From Thermoplasmata archaeon (GTDB lineage: Archaea; Thermoplasmatota; Thermoplasmata; Lutacidiplasmatales; UBA184), in assembly GCA_021801925.1 (NCBI GenBank), contig JAKABH010000004.1:1-61677 (forward strand): a DNA stretch of 61,677 nt. Reading direction: 5' to 3'. The translations under genes were made by a program, and so were the position numbers. The notes under the pieces are model-generated. The model was not told where the DNA came from. It worked only from the letters and a program-made list of their open reading frames with translations, and made no database searches. Within the stretch, counting starts at the first letter, position 1, and each line of letters opens with the position of its first letter. This document shows positions 26,592 to 37,148 of this stretch, in pieces.

Positions 26592-27590
26592 TCAGTGGGC
26601 CGCGACGGGGGCGACGCCCGCGGCCGAGGCGGTCGTCGGGGTCAGGGTCGGCGCCGCCGCGCGGGCGGGAGGTTTCGGCGGCGGCGGGAAGAGCGCCCTC
26701 TTCAGGAACTCCCCGAGGCGGGCCCATCCGGCCTCGGCGGCGCGCAGGTCGTAGGCGCGGAGGTCGCGCGAGAGGAAGTTGTGCCCAACGCCGGGGACGG
26801 TGACGATCTCGGAGGCGGGGGGCGGCAGGGCGCGGCGGAGCTGCTCGACCGCCTTCGCGGCGGCGCGGTCCCGCTCCCCGACCAGACAGAAGAGCGGGGC
26901 GGAGACGAGCGTCGCGAGGTCGGCGGGGCGCACCGGCATCGGGTAGGCGAGCGCGACCGCCGACAGGCGGGTCTCCCGGGCGGCCAGGGCGAGCGCGAGG
27001 CTCCCGCCGTAGGAGATCCCGAGCAGCGCGCTGCGGGTGGGGTCGACCATGTCGCGGCCCCGGAGGAAGGCGAGCGCATCGGAGTAGAGGTCGACGAGCG
27101 TCGCCACCCGTCGGGCCGACGTCGGCACACCGCCCCCGACGGAGACCCCGGAGCGCATCGCCAGGTGGTGGGCCGGCCCGACCCCGTCGGTCTTCCCGAC
27201 GTCGGGGAGGAAGACCTCGATCCCCTCCCGGGCGAGGCGGATCGCCCCGTCCAGCACCGTCGTCGTGATCCCGTAGACGTCCGGACAGGCGAGCACCGCC
27301 GGATGCCGCACCCGCCGGGTCGGCGTGAGGAGGATCCCCTGCGCCGTCCCCGAACGGGCGATCGAGGAGGGGTACCAGACGCGCTCGCTGCGGTAGGGGG
27401 GAAGCGGCGCCCCGGGTTTCTGGTCGGTCGTGACCCACTTCTTGTTGAGGAAGTCAAGGACGCAGAGCTTGTACCGCTCCTTGGCGAGGACGATCACCGC
27501 CTGGCGGGTCCCGCAGATGTCGCACACCCCGATGATGCCGCTGCCGTACTCGGGCGGCAGGTTCAGCATCTGGTCGTCGTCCCGGGGCAT
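26592..27590 (-). CDS. Dienelactone hydrolase-family alpha/beta hydrolase with Cys-containing N-terminal extension
   Basis: PDVYGI..RLAREG..LPD, GISYGG, GERD, GVGHNF, AAEAGWARL. Confidence 0.8.
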   Translation of the reverse strand: MPRDDDQMLNLPPEYGSGIIGVCDICGTRQAVIVLAKERYKLCVLDFLNKKWVTTDQKPGAPLPPYRSERVWYPSSIARSGTAQGILLTPTRRVRHPAVLACPDVYGITTTVLDGAIRLAREGIEVFLPDVGKTDGVGPAHHLAMRSGVSVGGGVPTSARRVATLVDLYSDALAFLRGRDMVDPTRSALLGISYGGSLALALAARETRLSAVALAYPMPVRPADLATLVSAPLFCLVGERDRAAAKAVEQLRRALPPPASEIVTVPGVGHNFLSRDLRAYDLRAAEAGWARLGEFLKRALFPPPPKPPARAAAPTLTPTTASAAGVAPVAAH

Positions 27591-27617
27591 GGTCGCGCCC
27601 GTCGAGCCGAGGTCGAT

Positions 27618-28066
27618 TCATAACGGTTGCCGCGGGGTGCGGCGTCTCGTCCGGACGCCGGGGCTTCCGGACCGGGCCGACGGCGGGAGGCCCACGCGAA
27701 GCTCGAGACGGCTACGATCCCGGGGGGCCAGGACGGTCACGCCGGCCGCGACGAGCCGGGCCTGCAGCCGGGCATCGGCCGTTACGACCGCGGCGCCGAG
27801 CCGGCGGGCGGCCGCGAGGACGCCCGCGTCCCCCCGCCCGGAGGCCGGCGCCGGCGGAAACCGCGCGGCGAGCGCCCGGGCGACCGTCGCCCCCGCCTCG
27901 GCCCGGTCGACGAGCCGGTCGAGCTCGCCCCGCACGACCGTCGGGACCAGGATCGCGGCGCCGGGCAGGAGGCGTCCGATCTCCGCCTCGAGCGGGAAGC
28001 TGCGGGTCGCCGCGAGGAACAGGGCGTTCGTGTCGAGGAGGACGCGCGGGCGGCGGCCCGGCTCAC
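27618..28066 (-). CDS. PIN-domain nuclease (Fcf1/Utp24-like); start codon unresolved, possible frameshift
   Basis: VLLDTNAL, VPTVVRGEL, GDAGVL, VVTADARL. No in-frame start close to the domain. Confidence 0.7.
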
Positions 28067-29658
28067 GGTCGGCGGGTGCCGATCCCGAGCGCCTCGCGGT
28101 CGTGCTGCACGCCTCCCGTCCGTCCGCGGAGCAGGTACCGCTGGGACTTCTGGTTCGCGGTCTTCGGGATCTCGTCCACGAACTCGAGGTAGCGGGGCAC
28201 CATGAAGAACGGCAGGTGCTCGACGGCAAAGCGGAACAGTTCCTCCGGCGAGACGGCCGCGCCGGGCTTGAGCTGCACGAACGCCTTCACGTCCTCCTCG
28301 CCGAGGGGGCTCGGGACGCCGACCACCACCGACTCGAACACCGCCGGGTGCCGGTTGAGCGCCGACTCGACGTCGTACGGGGCCAGGTTCTCGCCGCGCC
28401 GGCGGATGACGTCCTTCTTCCGATCGACGAAGTAGTAGTAGCCGTCGTCGTCCCGGGTGACGTAGTCGCCGGTGTGGAACCAGCCGTTCCGCCACGCCTC
28501 GCGCGTCTGCGCCTCCTTGCCGAGGTAGCCCAAAAACATCGTCGAGGGGGCCCGGGGCCGCACGATCAGCTCCCCGCGGCTTCCGTTCGGGACCGGCCGA
28601 TCGTCGTCGTCGACGACCTGCGCCTCGACGAACGCGAGCGGCAGGCCGATCGAGCCCAGCCGGATCGCGCCCGGGGGGTTCATGAGCGTCGTGCAGCCGC
28701 ACTCGGTCATCCCGTACAGTTCCACGACGGTGAGGCCGAACCGCGCCTCGAACTCCTTCCAGATCCCCCGGGTCGTGCCGGCGGTGAGCGCGGTGCGGAC
28801 GCGGTGGGTCCGGTCGGTCGGCCGCTCGGGCTGCTTGTAGAGGACGTTGATCATCGAGATCAGGAGCGAGACGTGCGTCGCCCCGAACCGCGCCGCGGTC
28901 TCCCAGTACGTCGACGCGTGGAACCGCTCCTCGAAGGCGGCGGTGCCGTCGTTCAGCAGCGCGGTGAGGGCGGTCATCTCCTGGGCGTTGCAGTGGAAGA
29001 GCGGCAGCGCGGTGAAGAGCACCGAGTCGTCCTCGAGCCGGCTGCGCCGCCCGATCTCGAGTGCCGTGCGGAGCATCTGCTCGTGGGGGATGATCGCCCC
29101 CTTGGGCGGTCCCGTCGTTCCGCTCGTGTAAAGGATCGCCGCGGGGTCCGCCGGGGCGGGCGGCGGGAGGGCGGGCGACAGGGCCCCCGACTCCAGGGCG
29201 CCCCATCCGCGTACGGAGCCGGGGAGCGGCGCCCCCGGTTCGGCTCCGCGGGGCACGACCCACTCGGTCCCGATCCCGACCTCGGCGCGCACGGCCGCAT
29301 ACGTCTCCCAGAGGCGCCGGTCGAGGACCAGTCCCTTCGGGGCGCAGTCGGCGAGCTCGTAGCGGAGGATCTCGCCCTTGAGGCCCGTGTTCAGGGGAAC
29401 GAGGACGGCGGCGCGCTTCGCCAGACCGAACCAGAGGAGCGGGAACTCGGGCGTGTTGTAGAGGAGCGCCGCCACGCGGTCGCCCGGCCCGACCCCCGCC
29501 GCCTCTAGGCCGTTCGCGATCCGATCCGACTCGCGGTCAAGCTCGGCATAGGAGAACGACCGGTCCTCGAACCGAAGCGCGGGCCGGCCCCCGTTCTTGC
29601 GCGCCTTCTCCCGCACCAGCGTCACGAGGTCGTGGTACTCTTCGCCGGCGGTGAGCAT
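28063..29658 (-). CDS. Acyl-CoA synthetase (CaiC-like AMP-binding enzyme)
   Basis: LYTSGTTGPPKG, LPLFHCNA, YGMTE, WFHTGD, VDRKKDVIRRRGEN, PKTANQK. Confidence 0.92.
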   Translation of the reverse strand: MLTAGEEYHDLVTLVREKARKNGGRPALRFEDRSFSYAELDRESDRIANGLEAAGVGPGDRVAALLYNTPEFPLLWFGLAKRAAVLVPLNTGLKGEILRYELADCAPKGLVLDRRLWETYAAVRAEVGIGTEWVVPRGAEPGAPLPGSVRGWGALESGALSPALPPPAPADPAAILYTSGTTGPPKGAIIPHEQMLRTALEIGRRSRLEDDSVLFTALPLFHCNAQEMTALTALLNDGTAAFEERFHASTYWETAARFGATHVSLLISMINVLYKQPERPTDRTHRVRTALTAGTTRGIWKEFEARFGLTVVELYGMTECGCTTLMNPPGAIRLGSIGLPLAFVEAQVVDDDDRPVPNGSRGELIVRPRAPSTMFLGYLGKEAQTREAWRNGWFHTGDYVTRDDDGYYYFVDRKKDVIRRRGENLAPYDVESALNRHPAVFESVVVGVPSPLGEEDVKAFVQLKPGAAVSPEELFRFAVEHLPFFMVPRYLEFVDEIPKTANQKSQRYLLRGRTGGVQHDREALGIGTRRP

Positions 29659-29749
29659 CGGGCGTCCGAACCCCGGGGGCGCATAAGCGTTCGGCGGGCG
29701 CCGTCGCCGCATCGGAAGGCCTTGATAGTCGGGGGGACGTGCGGGCGGC

Positions 29750-30238
29750 ATGCCCGCCCCGGAACGCCCCTACCGGCCCGACCAGCCGATCGTCGCGGAG
29801 ATCGCCGGCGGGGCGGTCGTGATCCACCCGGACGGCAGCCGCCTCTGCCTCCTGCACTACGCGGCGGAGGACCGGTGGGCCCTCCCGAAGGGCCACGTCG
29901 ACCCCGGGGAATCCCTCGAGGCGGCGGCCCGCCGGGAGGTGCACGAGGAGACCGGACTCGCCGAGGTCGTCCTGGGAGCGGAGATCGCCGAGGTCCACTA
30001 CCGCTTCTACGACGCGCGCCGCGCCCGCAACGTCTACAAGATCGCGGTCTACTTCCTCGCTCGAGCGTCCGAGACGCAGCTCCGTCCGGAGGCGATCTTC
30101 GACCGGGCGGAGTGGGTCGGCCTCGCGGACGCCCGGGCCCGGGTACCGTTCGAGACCGATCGTACGGTCCTGGATGCGGCGGCCCGTGCCCTGGCGACGG
30201 TCCCACCCGTCCCCGGATCCTTCGGCCGGGAAAAGTAA
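29750..30238 (+). CDS. NUDIX hydrolase (Ap4A hydrolase-like)
   Basis: Nudix box PKGHVDPGESLEAAARREVHEETGL. Confidence 0.9.
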   Translation: MPAPERPYRPDQPIVAEIAGGAVVIHPDGSRLCLLHYAAEDRWALPKGHVDPGESLEAAARREVHEETGLAEVVLGAEIAEVHYRFYDARRARNVYKIAVYFLARASETQLRPEAIFDRAEWVGLADARARVPFETDRTVLDAAARALATVPPVPGSFGREK

Positions 30239-30290
30239 GGAAGGGGTTGCGGCGGGCCCGATGGGCCCGCCGGGCCGGGCGTGGGCCGGC

Positions 30291-31667
30291 CTACACGGAC
30301 GGAGGCCGCGGCGGCTCGAGGGCCGATGCGGCCGGCTCCGGGGCGGCGGGCGGGGCCGCGGCGCGCCGGGATCGGGCCCGCCAGGCGAGCGCGGTCCCGG
30401 TCCCCGCGATCGCGACGACCGCGAGCGCGATCACACCGACCGCGAGGAGGCCTCCGCCCAGCAGGGTCGCTCCCCCGGTGGCGGGGCACGCGCCCTGCAG
30501 GCAGTCGGCCTGCGCCTGCGCCGCGGCGACGCTCATCGGCTGCGCGTAGACGGTGCCCCCCGGGGCGGTCGAGGACGATGCGGCGGGCGCTGCGCCGAGC
30601 GGCGCGGGGCCGAGCCCCGAGAAGGTGCCGTCCGTCGCGGCAAACGAAGTCGCCGCGGCCCGGACGATCGGACCCCGGGCGGACGAGGTCACGAACAGCG
30701 TCTCCGAAGCCCCGTAGCCGACCGACGCCGAGCCGAAGCCGTCCCGGTCGAACCCGTGCACGGCGCCACCGAACAGGTCGAACCCGTGCGGGACGAGGAC
30801 GAAGCCGTCGTAGGCGTCCACGGGTCCCTGGATCGCCAGCACGACCGCCGCCCGCGGCACCAGGTTCCGGTACGGGTAGTGGCTGCCGACCACCGATCCC
30901 GACAGGTAGACCGGGCCCGTGGTGGTCCAGTTCCCCGCGCTGCTCCCGCTCCCGGAGCCGACCGTCCCGTTCCATCCGTGGTCGGACCAGGCGTAGGCGA
31001 AGCTCCAGTTCGCCGAAGGGGTCGCGTTCGCCGTGGCCGTCCAGTGGGGCGTGGCGCTCAGGTTCAGGGGCAGGAGCCCGAGGGCGGGCGCGAAGGCGAT
31101 CTCGGCATCGGCGGACCCGGTGACGTTGAAGTAGGCGCTGTGCCCGCGGCCGGCGTTCGCCACGAGCATCGCCTCACGGACCGTCGACCGGGCGGAGAGG
31201 GATTCGTTGGCGATCCCGAGCGCCGGGACGGCGACCCCGGCGGAGTCGACCGTCGCGTTGTCCGTCAGGTTGACGAACGCCGTGTCCGACGCGCTGCCGA
31301 AGTAGGTGTAGCTCGCCGAGACGTTCGGCGCGGCGAACGAGGCGGAAAGGTTCACGCCCACCGTCCGCTGCTCCTCGAGCAGTACGGTCGAGTTCGAAGT
31401 GTTCGTCTCGGTGAAGACGACCGTCCAGCCGAAGGCGGCGTGCCAGGTGAGCGTCGATCCGCCGATCGTGGTGGTGCCGTTCGAGTACCCTTGGCCCCCG
31501 TAGGCCCACTGGGTGGTCGCGTTCGTCGTCGCCGACGCCTGGATCGCCGGAGCCGCGCTCGCCGAGCCCGTCAGGGCCGGTGCGAGGGCCAGCCCGACGA
31601 GGGCGGCCAGGCCGACGGCCAAGGCCATTCGTGTCGCGGTCCGGTGTCGCTCTCCGTTTCGGTTCAT
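30291..31667 (-). CDS. Secreted, C-terminally anchored glycoprotein of unknown function
   Basis: Signal peptide, Ser/Thr/Asn-rich body with many NxS/T sequons, C-terminal TM plus basic residues. Confidence 0.75.
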   Translation of the reverse strand: MNRNGERHRTATRMALAVGLAALVGLALAPALTGSASAAPAIQASATTNATTQWAYGGQGYSNGTTTIGGSTLTWHAAFGWTVVFTETNTSNSTVLLEEQRTVGVNLSASFAAPNVSASYTYFGSASDTAFVNLTDNATVDSAGVAVPALGIANESLSARSTVREAMLVANAGRGHSAYFNVTGSADAEIAFAPALGLLPLNLSATPHWTATANATPSANWSFAYAWSDHGWNGTVGSGSGSSAGNWTTTGPVYLSGSVVGSHYPYRNLVPRAAVVLAIQGPVDAYDGFVLVPHGFDLFGGAVHGFDRDGFGSASVGYGASETLFVTSSARGPIVRAAATSFAATDGTFSGLGPAPLGAAPAASSSTAPGGTVYAQPMSVAAAQAQADCLQGACPATGGATLLGGGLLAVGVIALAVVAIAGTGTALAWRARSRRAAAPPAAPEPAASALEPPRPPSV

Positions 31668-31814
31668 GGTCCTCCGGACGGACCTCGTCCGTCCACTCCC
31701 TCGACCCGGCCCGGGTCGGATAAGCGTCGGGCCCGCGGGAGGGAACGGAGATTGGACCCCGTGCTACGGTCTCTACGGCGGCAGCGAAGCCGGTCGGCGA
31801 TGCGGATCCGGGGG

Positions 31815-33506
31815 CTACGGATCTTCGGGGCCGGCCGGTGGCAGCGACGGGATCCGGAACCGGGCCCTCCGCGCGATCGCCACCGACTCCGGATAGCCGG
31901 CGTCGGCGTGCCGGGCCACCCCGATCCCGGGGTCGTTGTGCAGCGCGAGCCCGATGCGCCGGCCGGCCTCGGGCGTGCCGTCCGCGACGACCACGAGGCC
32001 GGCGTGGATCGAGTTGCCGATCCCGACCCCCCCGCCGTGGTGGACCGAGACCCACGTGGCCCCGCTCGCGACGTTGAGGAGCGCGTTCAGGATCGGCCAA
32101 TCGGCGATGGCGTCCGACCCGTCGCGCATCGCCTCCGTCTCCCGGAAGGGGCTCGCGACCGCGCCCGTGTCGTGGTGGTCGCGGCCGATGGCGATCGGGG
32201 CGCGGAGCGATCCGTCGTGCACGAGATCGTTGACGAGGCGGCCGAACCGCTCCCGGTCCCCGTATCCCATGTAGCAGATCCGCGCGGGGAGTCCCTGGAA
32301 GCGGACCTTCTCGCCCGCGAGCCGGATCCAGCGGCAGAGGTTCGCCTGCTCCGAGAACTCCCGCAGGATCATCGCGTCCACGCGGTGGATGTCGTCGGGC
32401 TCGCCGCTCAGGGCGACCCAGCGGAACGGGCCGCTCCCCACCGCAAAGAGCGGACGGATGTACCGCGGCACGTAGCCGTGGATGTCGAAGGCATTCGCGA
32501 CCCCGGCGTCCCGCGCCTGCGTGCGGAAGTTGTTCCCGTAGTCGAACGCCACGGCGCCGGCGGCCTGCAGGGCGAGGATCGCCCGCGCCTCGGTCGCGAG
32601 CGAGGTCCGGACCCGGGCGAGGTACCCCGGGAGATCCTGGGCCCGCAGCGTCGCCGCCGTCTCGACCGTGAGTCCCAAGGGAATGTAGCCGACCCGCAGG
32701 TCGTGGGCGGCGGTCTGGTCGCTGACGACATCGGGCACGATCCCCCGACGGACGATCTCCGGGTAGACGTCGGCGGCGTTCGCCTCCAGGCCGATCGAGA
32801 GCGGCCGGCCGGCCCGGCTCGCCTCCGTGACCAGCGCGAGCGCCTCGGGGAGGTCCTCGGCGCGGCGGTCGAGGTAGGCGAGCCCGCGCCGCCGCTCGAT
32901 CGCCCGCGGGTCGACGTCGACGGTCAGCGAGACCCCCCCGAGCATCGAGACGGCGAGCGGTTGGGCGCCGCCCATTTCGCCGAGCCCGCTCGACAGCATC
33001 CACCGGCCCCGGAGGTCGTCCGCGCCGAACTCCCGCCGGGCGAGGGCGGCGAGCGTCTCGTACGTTCCCTGCAGGATCCCCTGCGTCCCGATGTAGATCC
33101 AGCTGCCGGCCGTCATCTGGCCGTACATCGTGAGGCCGCGCGCCTCCAGGTCCCAGAAGATCTCGTCGGTCGCCCATCGGGGGACGACGTTGGCGTTGGC
33201 GATGAGGATCCTCGGCGCCTCCGCCTGCGTCGGAAAGACGCCGACCGGCTTACCCGATTGGATCAGGAGGGTTTCCGTGGGCCCCAGCTCGCGCAGGGCG
33301 CCGACGATCTGATCGAAGGCGGTCCAGCTCCGAGCGGCCTTGCCGCGCCCTCCGTAGACGATCAGGTGATCCGGGTCCCGCGCGACCTCCGGATCGAGAT
33401 TGTTCATCAGCAGCCGCAGCGCGGCCTCCTGCGGCCATCCGCGGCAGGAGAGGGTCGGGCCGCGCGGGGCCGTCACGCGCCGGGGACCGGAGGGGAGATC
33501 GGACAT
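31815..33506 (-). CDS. hutU: Urocanate hydratase
   Basis: [68 protein letters not shown]. Confidence 0.97.
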   Translation of the reverse strand: MSDLPSGPRRVTAPRGPTLSCRGWPQEAALRLLMNNLDPEVARDPDHLIVYGGRGKAARSWTAFDQIVGALRELGPTETLLIQSGKPVGVFPTQAEAPRILIANANVVPRWATDEIFWDLEARGLTMYGQMTAGSWIYIGTQGILQGTYETLAALARREFGADDLRGRWMLSSGLGEMGGAQPLAVSMLGGVSLTVDVDPRAIERRRGLAYLDRRAEDLPEALALVTEASRAGRPLSIGLEANAADVYPEIVRRGIVPDVVSDQTAAHDLRVGYIPLGLTVETAATLRAQDLPGYLARVRTSLATEARAILALQAAGAVAFDYGNNFRTQARDAGVANAFDIHGYVPRYIRPLFAVGSGPFRWVALSGEPDDIHRVDAMILREFSEQANLCRWIRLAGEKVRFQGLPARICYMGYGDRERFGRLVNDLVHDGSLRAPIAIGRDHHDTGAVASPFRETEAMRDGSDAIADWPILNALLNVASGATWVSVHHGGGVGIGNSIHAGLVVVADGTPEAGRRIGLALHNDPGIGVARHADAGYPESVAIARRARFRIPSLPPAGPEDP

Positions 33507-33603
33507 CGGTCCGCGACGTCCGCCCGAGGCTAAGTAGGCTTGGTCGGCCGGCCCCGACCCGGTCCGTCCCGCGCGGTCGGGGATCCCGCGTTGGGCGACG
33601 TCC

Positions 33604-34905
33604 TCAGGGATGGCAGCCGCTCACCGCGTAGTCGTCCCCGTTGAACTCGGCGTAGCCGAAGTCTTCGTAGAGATCCGTCTCGGTGACGGTGACGTGGTTG
33701 ACCGGGTCGTAGAAGACGACGACGCCGGTGTTCGCATCGTAGGAAAGGATCACCGACGGGCCGAGGGCGCTGTGCAGCGACTGCAACGTCGACGAGGGGA
33801 TCGACGGGTTGTCGGTCGTGCAACTGGTTACGGGAGTGCCGCCGCCTCCCCCGCCGCCCCCCGTCCCGCCGTTGCCTCCGCTGGAGCCCACCCCCCCGCT
33901 GAGGAGGGGGTGGGCGGCCGGCGGGGGGGCCGCGGCGACGACCGCGAGGAAGACGACCGCGACGAGCGCGAGGCTCGCCGCGCGGTAGCCGACCGGCCAC
34001 CGGATCGGCGCCGCGGCGGACGGGGCCTTCCGCTTGCGGGCCTTCTTCGGGGAAGCGGGGGTCGGGGGCCGGTGGGCGAGAGCCTTCGCGGTCCGGTGGG
34101 CGACCACCGTGAGGTTGACGAGCAGCAGCGCGAGGATCACCCCGATCGAGGGGGCGGCGAGCGGAAGGGCCACGGCGAAGAGGCCGACCCCGATCCCGAA
34201 CAGCGTCTGCCCGATCGCGTCGCCCGGGGCGGTCCGGGGCTCGGTGACCATGAACAGGCCGAAGAAGAGGGTGACCGGGTCGACGAGCTCGAGGAGCAGG
34301 ACCTGCGGGGAGAACGCGGCCCCGATCAGCAGGTGCTCGGCGAGCACGAACAGCCCATACGACACCAGGAACGAGACCGGCAGGCGCCAGCTCCGCCAGT
34401 TTCGGACGAGCAGCAGCGCGCCGAGCCCGAGCATCAGGGGGAAGCCATCGGTGCCGACCGCGACCCACCACGCCGGCTGGAGCCCCAGGAGGACCGTGCC
34501 GACGGCGACCCCGAGCGCCGCAGGGTTCATCCACGGATGGCCCTCGATGCGCAGGGCGTGCCGCAGGACGATCGCGGCGAACGTCACGAGCCCCGTCAGC
34601 ACGAGGCTCGCCACCGGGGGAAACAGGAGCGCGAGGAAGAGGCCCGTCGCGAGCGCCGCATCCGGGAAGCGGACCTTCGGGAAACGGACCCGCTGAAACC
34701 CGAGGTCGACGGTCACGGCGATCGCCGGCAGGGCGAGCAGCGAGTACGCCCCGAGGCCCCGGAGATCGTAGGAGCCGTAGATCCCCAGAACGAGGAGCGC
34801 GAGCCAGAGGAGGCGGACCGGCGGCAGGGCCCTCGGCCACCGGAGGCGTCGGGGCGTGCGGGACCGCGGAACGGTCGATTGCGGGGACGATGCCGGAAGG
34901 GCCAC
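33604..34905 (-). CDS. Stand-alone RnfD/NqrB-like membrane protein with extra C-terminal domain
   Basis: [35 protein letters not shown]; Gly linker then a domain bracketed by two Cys. Confidence 0.75.
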   Translation of the reverse strand: MALPASSPQSTVPRSRTPRRLRWPRALPPVRLLWLALLVLGIYGSYDLRGLGAYSLLALPAIAVTVDLGFQRVRFPKVRFPDAALATGLFLALLFPPVASLVLTGLVTFAAIVLRHALRIEGHPWMNPAALGVAVGTVLLGLQPAWWVAVGTDGFPLMLGLGALLLVRNWRSWRLPVSFLVSYGLFVLAEHLLIGAAFSPQVLLLELVDPVTLFFGLFMVTEPRTAPGDAIGQTLFGIGVGLFAVALPLAAPSIGVILALLLVNLTVVAHRTAKALAHRPPTPASPKKARKRKAPSAAAPIRWPVGYRAASLALVAVVFLAVVAAAPPPAAHPLLSGGVGSSGGNGGTGGGGGGGGTPVTSCTTDNPSIPSSTLQSLHSALGPSVILSYDANTGVVVFYDPVNHVTVTETDLYEDFGYAEFNGDDYAVSGCHP

Positions 34906-35037
34906 GGGCGTCCCTCGACTCCGCGGACGGGGGATATCGTTTTTGGCGCAATCCCGCCGGCCCCCGACGGGTCGGTCCGGTCGACCGGTCCGGGTTCAAG
35001 TCTATATGCGGCGGCCGCCCCCTATCGGCCGGGAGAC

Positions 35038-35110
35038 GCCGCCATAGCTCAGTCGGTAGAGCGGCTGATTTGTAATCAGCAGGTCGGGAGTTCGATCCTC
35101 TCTGGCGGCT
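35038..35110 (+). tRNA. tRNA-Thr(UGU), intron-less
   Basis: GCCGCCA..TGGCGGC acceptor stem, GCTGA-TTTGTAA-TCAGC anticodon arm, GGGAG-TTCGATC-CTCTC T-arm; CTATAT upstream. Confidence 0.96.
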
Positions 35111-35294
35111 TGGCCCCGACCCGCCGGCGGCCGGCCGGGGCCCGCGGGACCGGACCGACAGCGTATGAATCCGCCTCCGCTCGGGCGGGCGACGGCTCCG
35201 TCGATCCGGCGGCGTCGCCCGGAGGATGCCGATAGCGCCTTCACGAACGCGGCCCCGTTCCCGTCCGATCGCGCGGCGGACGTCCGGGGGGCCC

Positions 35295-37148
35295 GTGCAT
35301 CCGATCGAGTCGTACGGCCTCATCGGCAACAATCGGACGGCGGTCCTCGTCAGCCGCTCCGGGTCGATCGATTGGGCGGCGTTCCCGCGATTCGATTCGC
35401 CGCCGACGTTCGCGGCGCTCCTCGACCCCGCGCGGGGCGGCTGCTGCTCGCTCGCCCCCCGGTCGATCGGATCGACGGGCCGGAGCGCCTACCTGCGGGA
35501 CACCAACGTCCTCGTCACCCGGTTCGAGGACGCCCGCGGCGTCGCCGTCGTCGAGGACTTCTGCCCGGAGGTCGAATCGGACCGGGTCCTGATGTCCGAG
35601 GTCCACCGCCGGATCCGCGCGCTGCGGGGGCGGGTCGACGCCGAGCTCGTCTTCGCGCCCCGGTTCGACTTCGGCGCCACCGTGCCGGAGCTCGTCGAGC
35701 GAACGGACGGGGTGCTTGCCCAATCCCCCGCGGGGTCGATCGCGCTCTCCTGTGACCCGGGCGGGGAGGCCGAGCTCCACCGGGGGGAGTACCGCCTGCG
35801 GTTCTCGCTCGGCGCCGGGGAGCACCGGTGGTTCGTCCTCGCCCCCGGGGCGGAGTTCGTAACGCCCCTCTCCGCCTTCCGGAGCGACCTCCGCCGGCGG
35901 CAGACGATCGACCACTGGCGCGCCTGGAGCCGTCGGGCGACCTACCGGGGCCGGTGGCGGGCGGCGGTCGGACGCTCCGCGCTCGCGCTCAAACTGCTCT
36001 TCTACCGCCCTACCGGGGCGATGGTCGCCGCGCCGACCACGTCGCTCCCCGAGGAGATCGGCGGCGGGCGGAACTGGGACTACCGGTTCACGTGGGTCCG
36101 GGACACGGCGTTCGCCGTCCGATCGCTGCTCCGCATCGGATACGTCAACGAGGCGACCGCCTTCGTCTACTGGCTCCTCGACGTGCTCGAGCGGGAGCAG
36201 GAGCAGATGAAGGTCCTCTACGCGGTCGACGGGCGTCCGCCCCCGCCCGAACGGACCATCCCGTCGCTCTCGGGATACCGGGGGTCGGCGCCGGTCCGCG
36301 TCGGGAACGCGGCCCACGGCCAGGCCCAGCACGACATGTACGGGGACGTCCTTACCGTCGCCGACCTCCTCGACCGGAACGCCGGGGTCATCTCCGTCGA
36401 CGAGTGGCGCCTGCTGCGCCATCTCGTCGATCGGGCGGCGACGATCTATCCCGAGCCGGACCACGGGATCTGGGAGGTCCGCGGACCGCCGCGGCACTAC
36501 GTCTACTCGAAGGCGATGGCGTGGGTCGCCGTCGACCGCGGGATCCGCGTCGGGGAGCGGCTCGGGTTCGTCGGCCCGTACGACCGCTGGCGCGCGGTCC
36601 GAGAATCGATACGGGACGACGTCCTCCGCCGCGGGACGACCGCCGAGGGCGGGGGCCTCGCCTGGTACTACGGCGCGGACGCCCCCGACGCGTCCCTCCT
36701 GCTCCTCCCGACGACGGGCTTCCTTCGGGCGGACGACCCGATCATGGTCCGGACCGCGGAGACGATCGAACGGACGCTCGTCGCCGAGCCGTTCGTGGCC
36801 CGGTACCGGCTCTCCGACCGCCTCGCGGGGAAGGAGGGGTACTTCCTCCCGTGCGCGTTCTGGCGGGTCGAATACTATACGATGCGGGGAGAGCTCGGCC
36901 GGGCGCGACGGATCTTCGAATCGTTGCTGGGCCGGGCCGGACCCCTCGGGCTCTACGCCGAGGAGATCGACCGGGACGGCCACCACCTCGGCAACTACCC
37001 GCAGGCGTTCACCCATCTCGCCCTGGTGCTCGCCGCGACGCGGCTCGATCTCGCGTTGCGCGGGCGGACCCCCCGCCGGGACGGTGGGGGCTCCCGACGC
37101 GCCGCCCCGACGACCGATCGGCCGACCCGGGCACCCCGGCGGCACTAA
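35295..37148 (+). CDS. Glycoside hydrolase family 15 (trehalase/glucoamylase-like)
   Basis: IESYGLIGN, GSIDW, VAAPTTSLPE..RNWDYRFTWVRD, GIWEVRG, LGLYAEE, GNYPQAFTH. Confidence 0.93.
   Translation: MHPIESYGLIGNNRTAVLVSRSGSIDWAAFPRFDSPPTFAALLDPARGGCCSLAPRSIGSTGRSAYLRDTNVLVTRFEDARGVAVVEDFCPEVESDRVLMSEVHRRIRALRGRVDAELVFAPRFDFGATVPELVERTDGVLAQSPAGSIALSCDPGGEAELHRGEYRLRFSLGAGEHRWFVLAPGAEFVTPLSAFRSDLRRRQTIDHWRAWSRRATYRGRWRAAVGRSALALKLLFYRPTGAMVAAPTTSLPEEIGGGRNWDYRFTWVRDTAFAVRSLLRIGYVNEATAFVYWLLDVLEREQEQMKVLYAVDGRPPPPERTIPSLSGYRGSAPVRVGNAAHGQAQHDMYGDVLTVADLLDRNAGVISVDEWRLLRHLVDRAATIYPEPDHGIWEVRGPPRHYVYSKAMAWVAVDRGIRVGERLGFVGPYDRWRAVRESIRDDVLRRGTTAEGGGLAWYYGADAPDASLLLLPTTGFLRADDPIMVRTAETIERTLVAEPFVARYRLSDRLAGKEGYFLPCAFWRVEYYTMRGELGRARRIFESLLGRAGPLGLYAEEIDRDGHHLGNYPQAFTHLALVLAATRLDLALRGRTPRRDGGGSRRAAPTTDRPTRAPRRH

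Noticed and set aside
34990-35002. CCGGGTTCAAGTC as a possible tRNA T-arm or split-tRNA half
   Set aside because: No complementary stem follows; it abuts the tRNA-Thr TATA element.
35111-35294. Integrated element or att site at the tRNAs
   Set aside because: No integrase and no duplicated tRNA 3' end were found by eye; flanking genes are metabolic.
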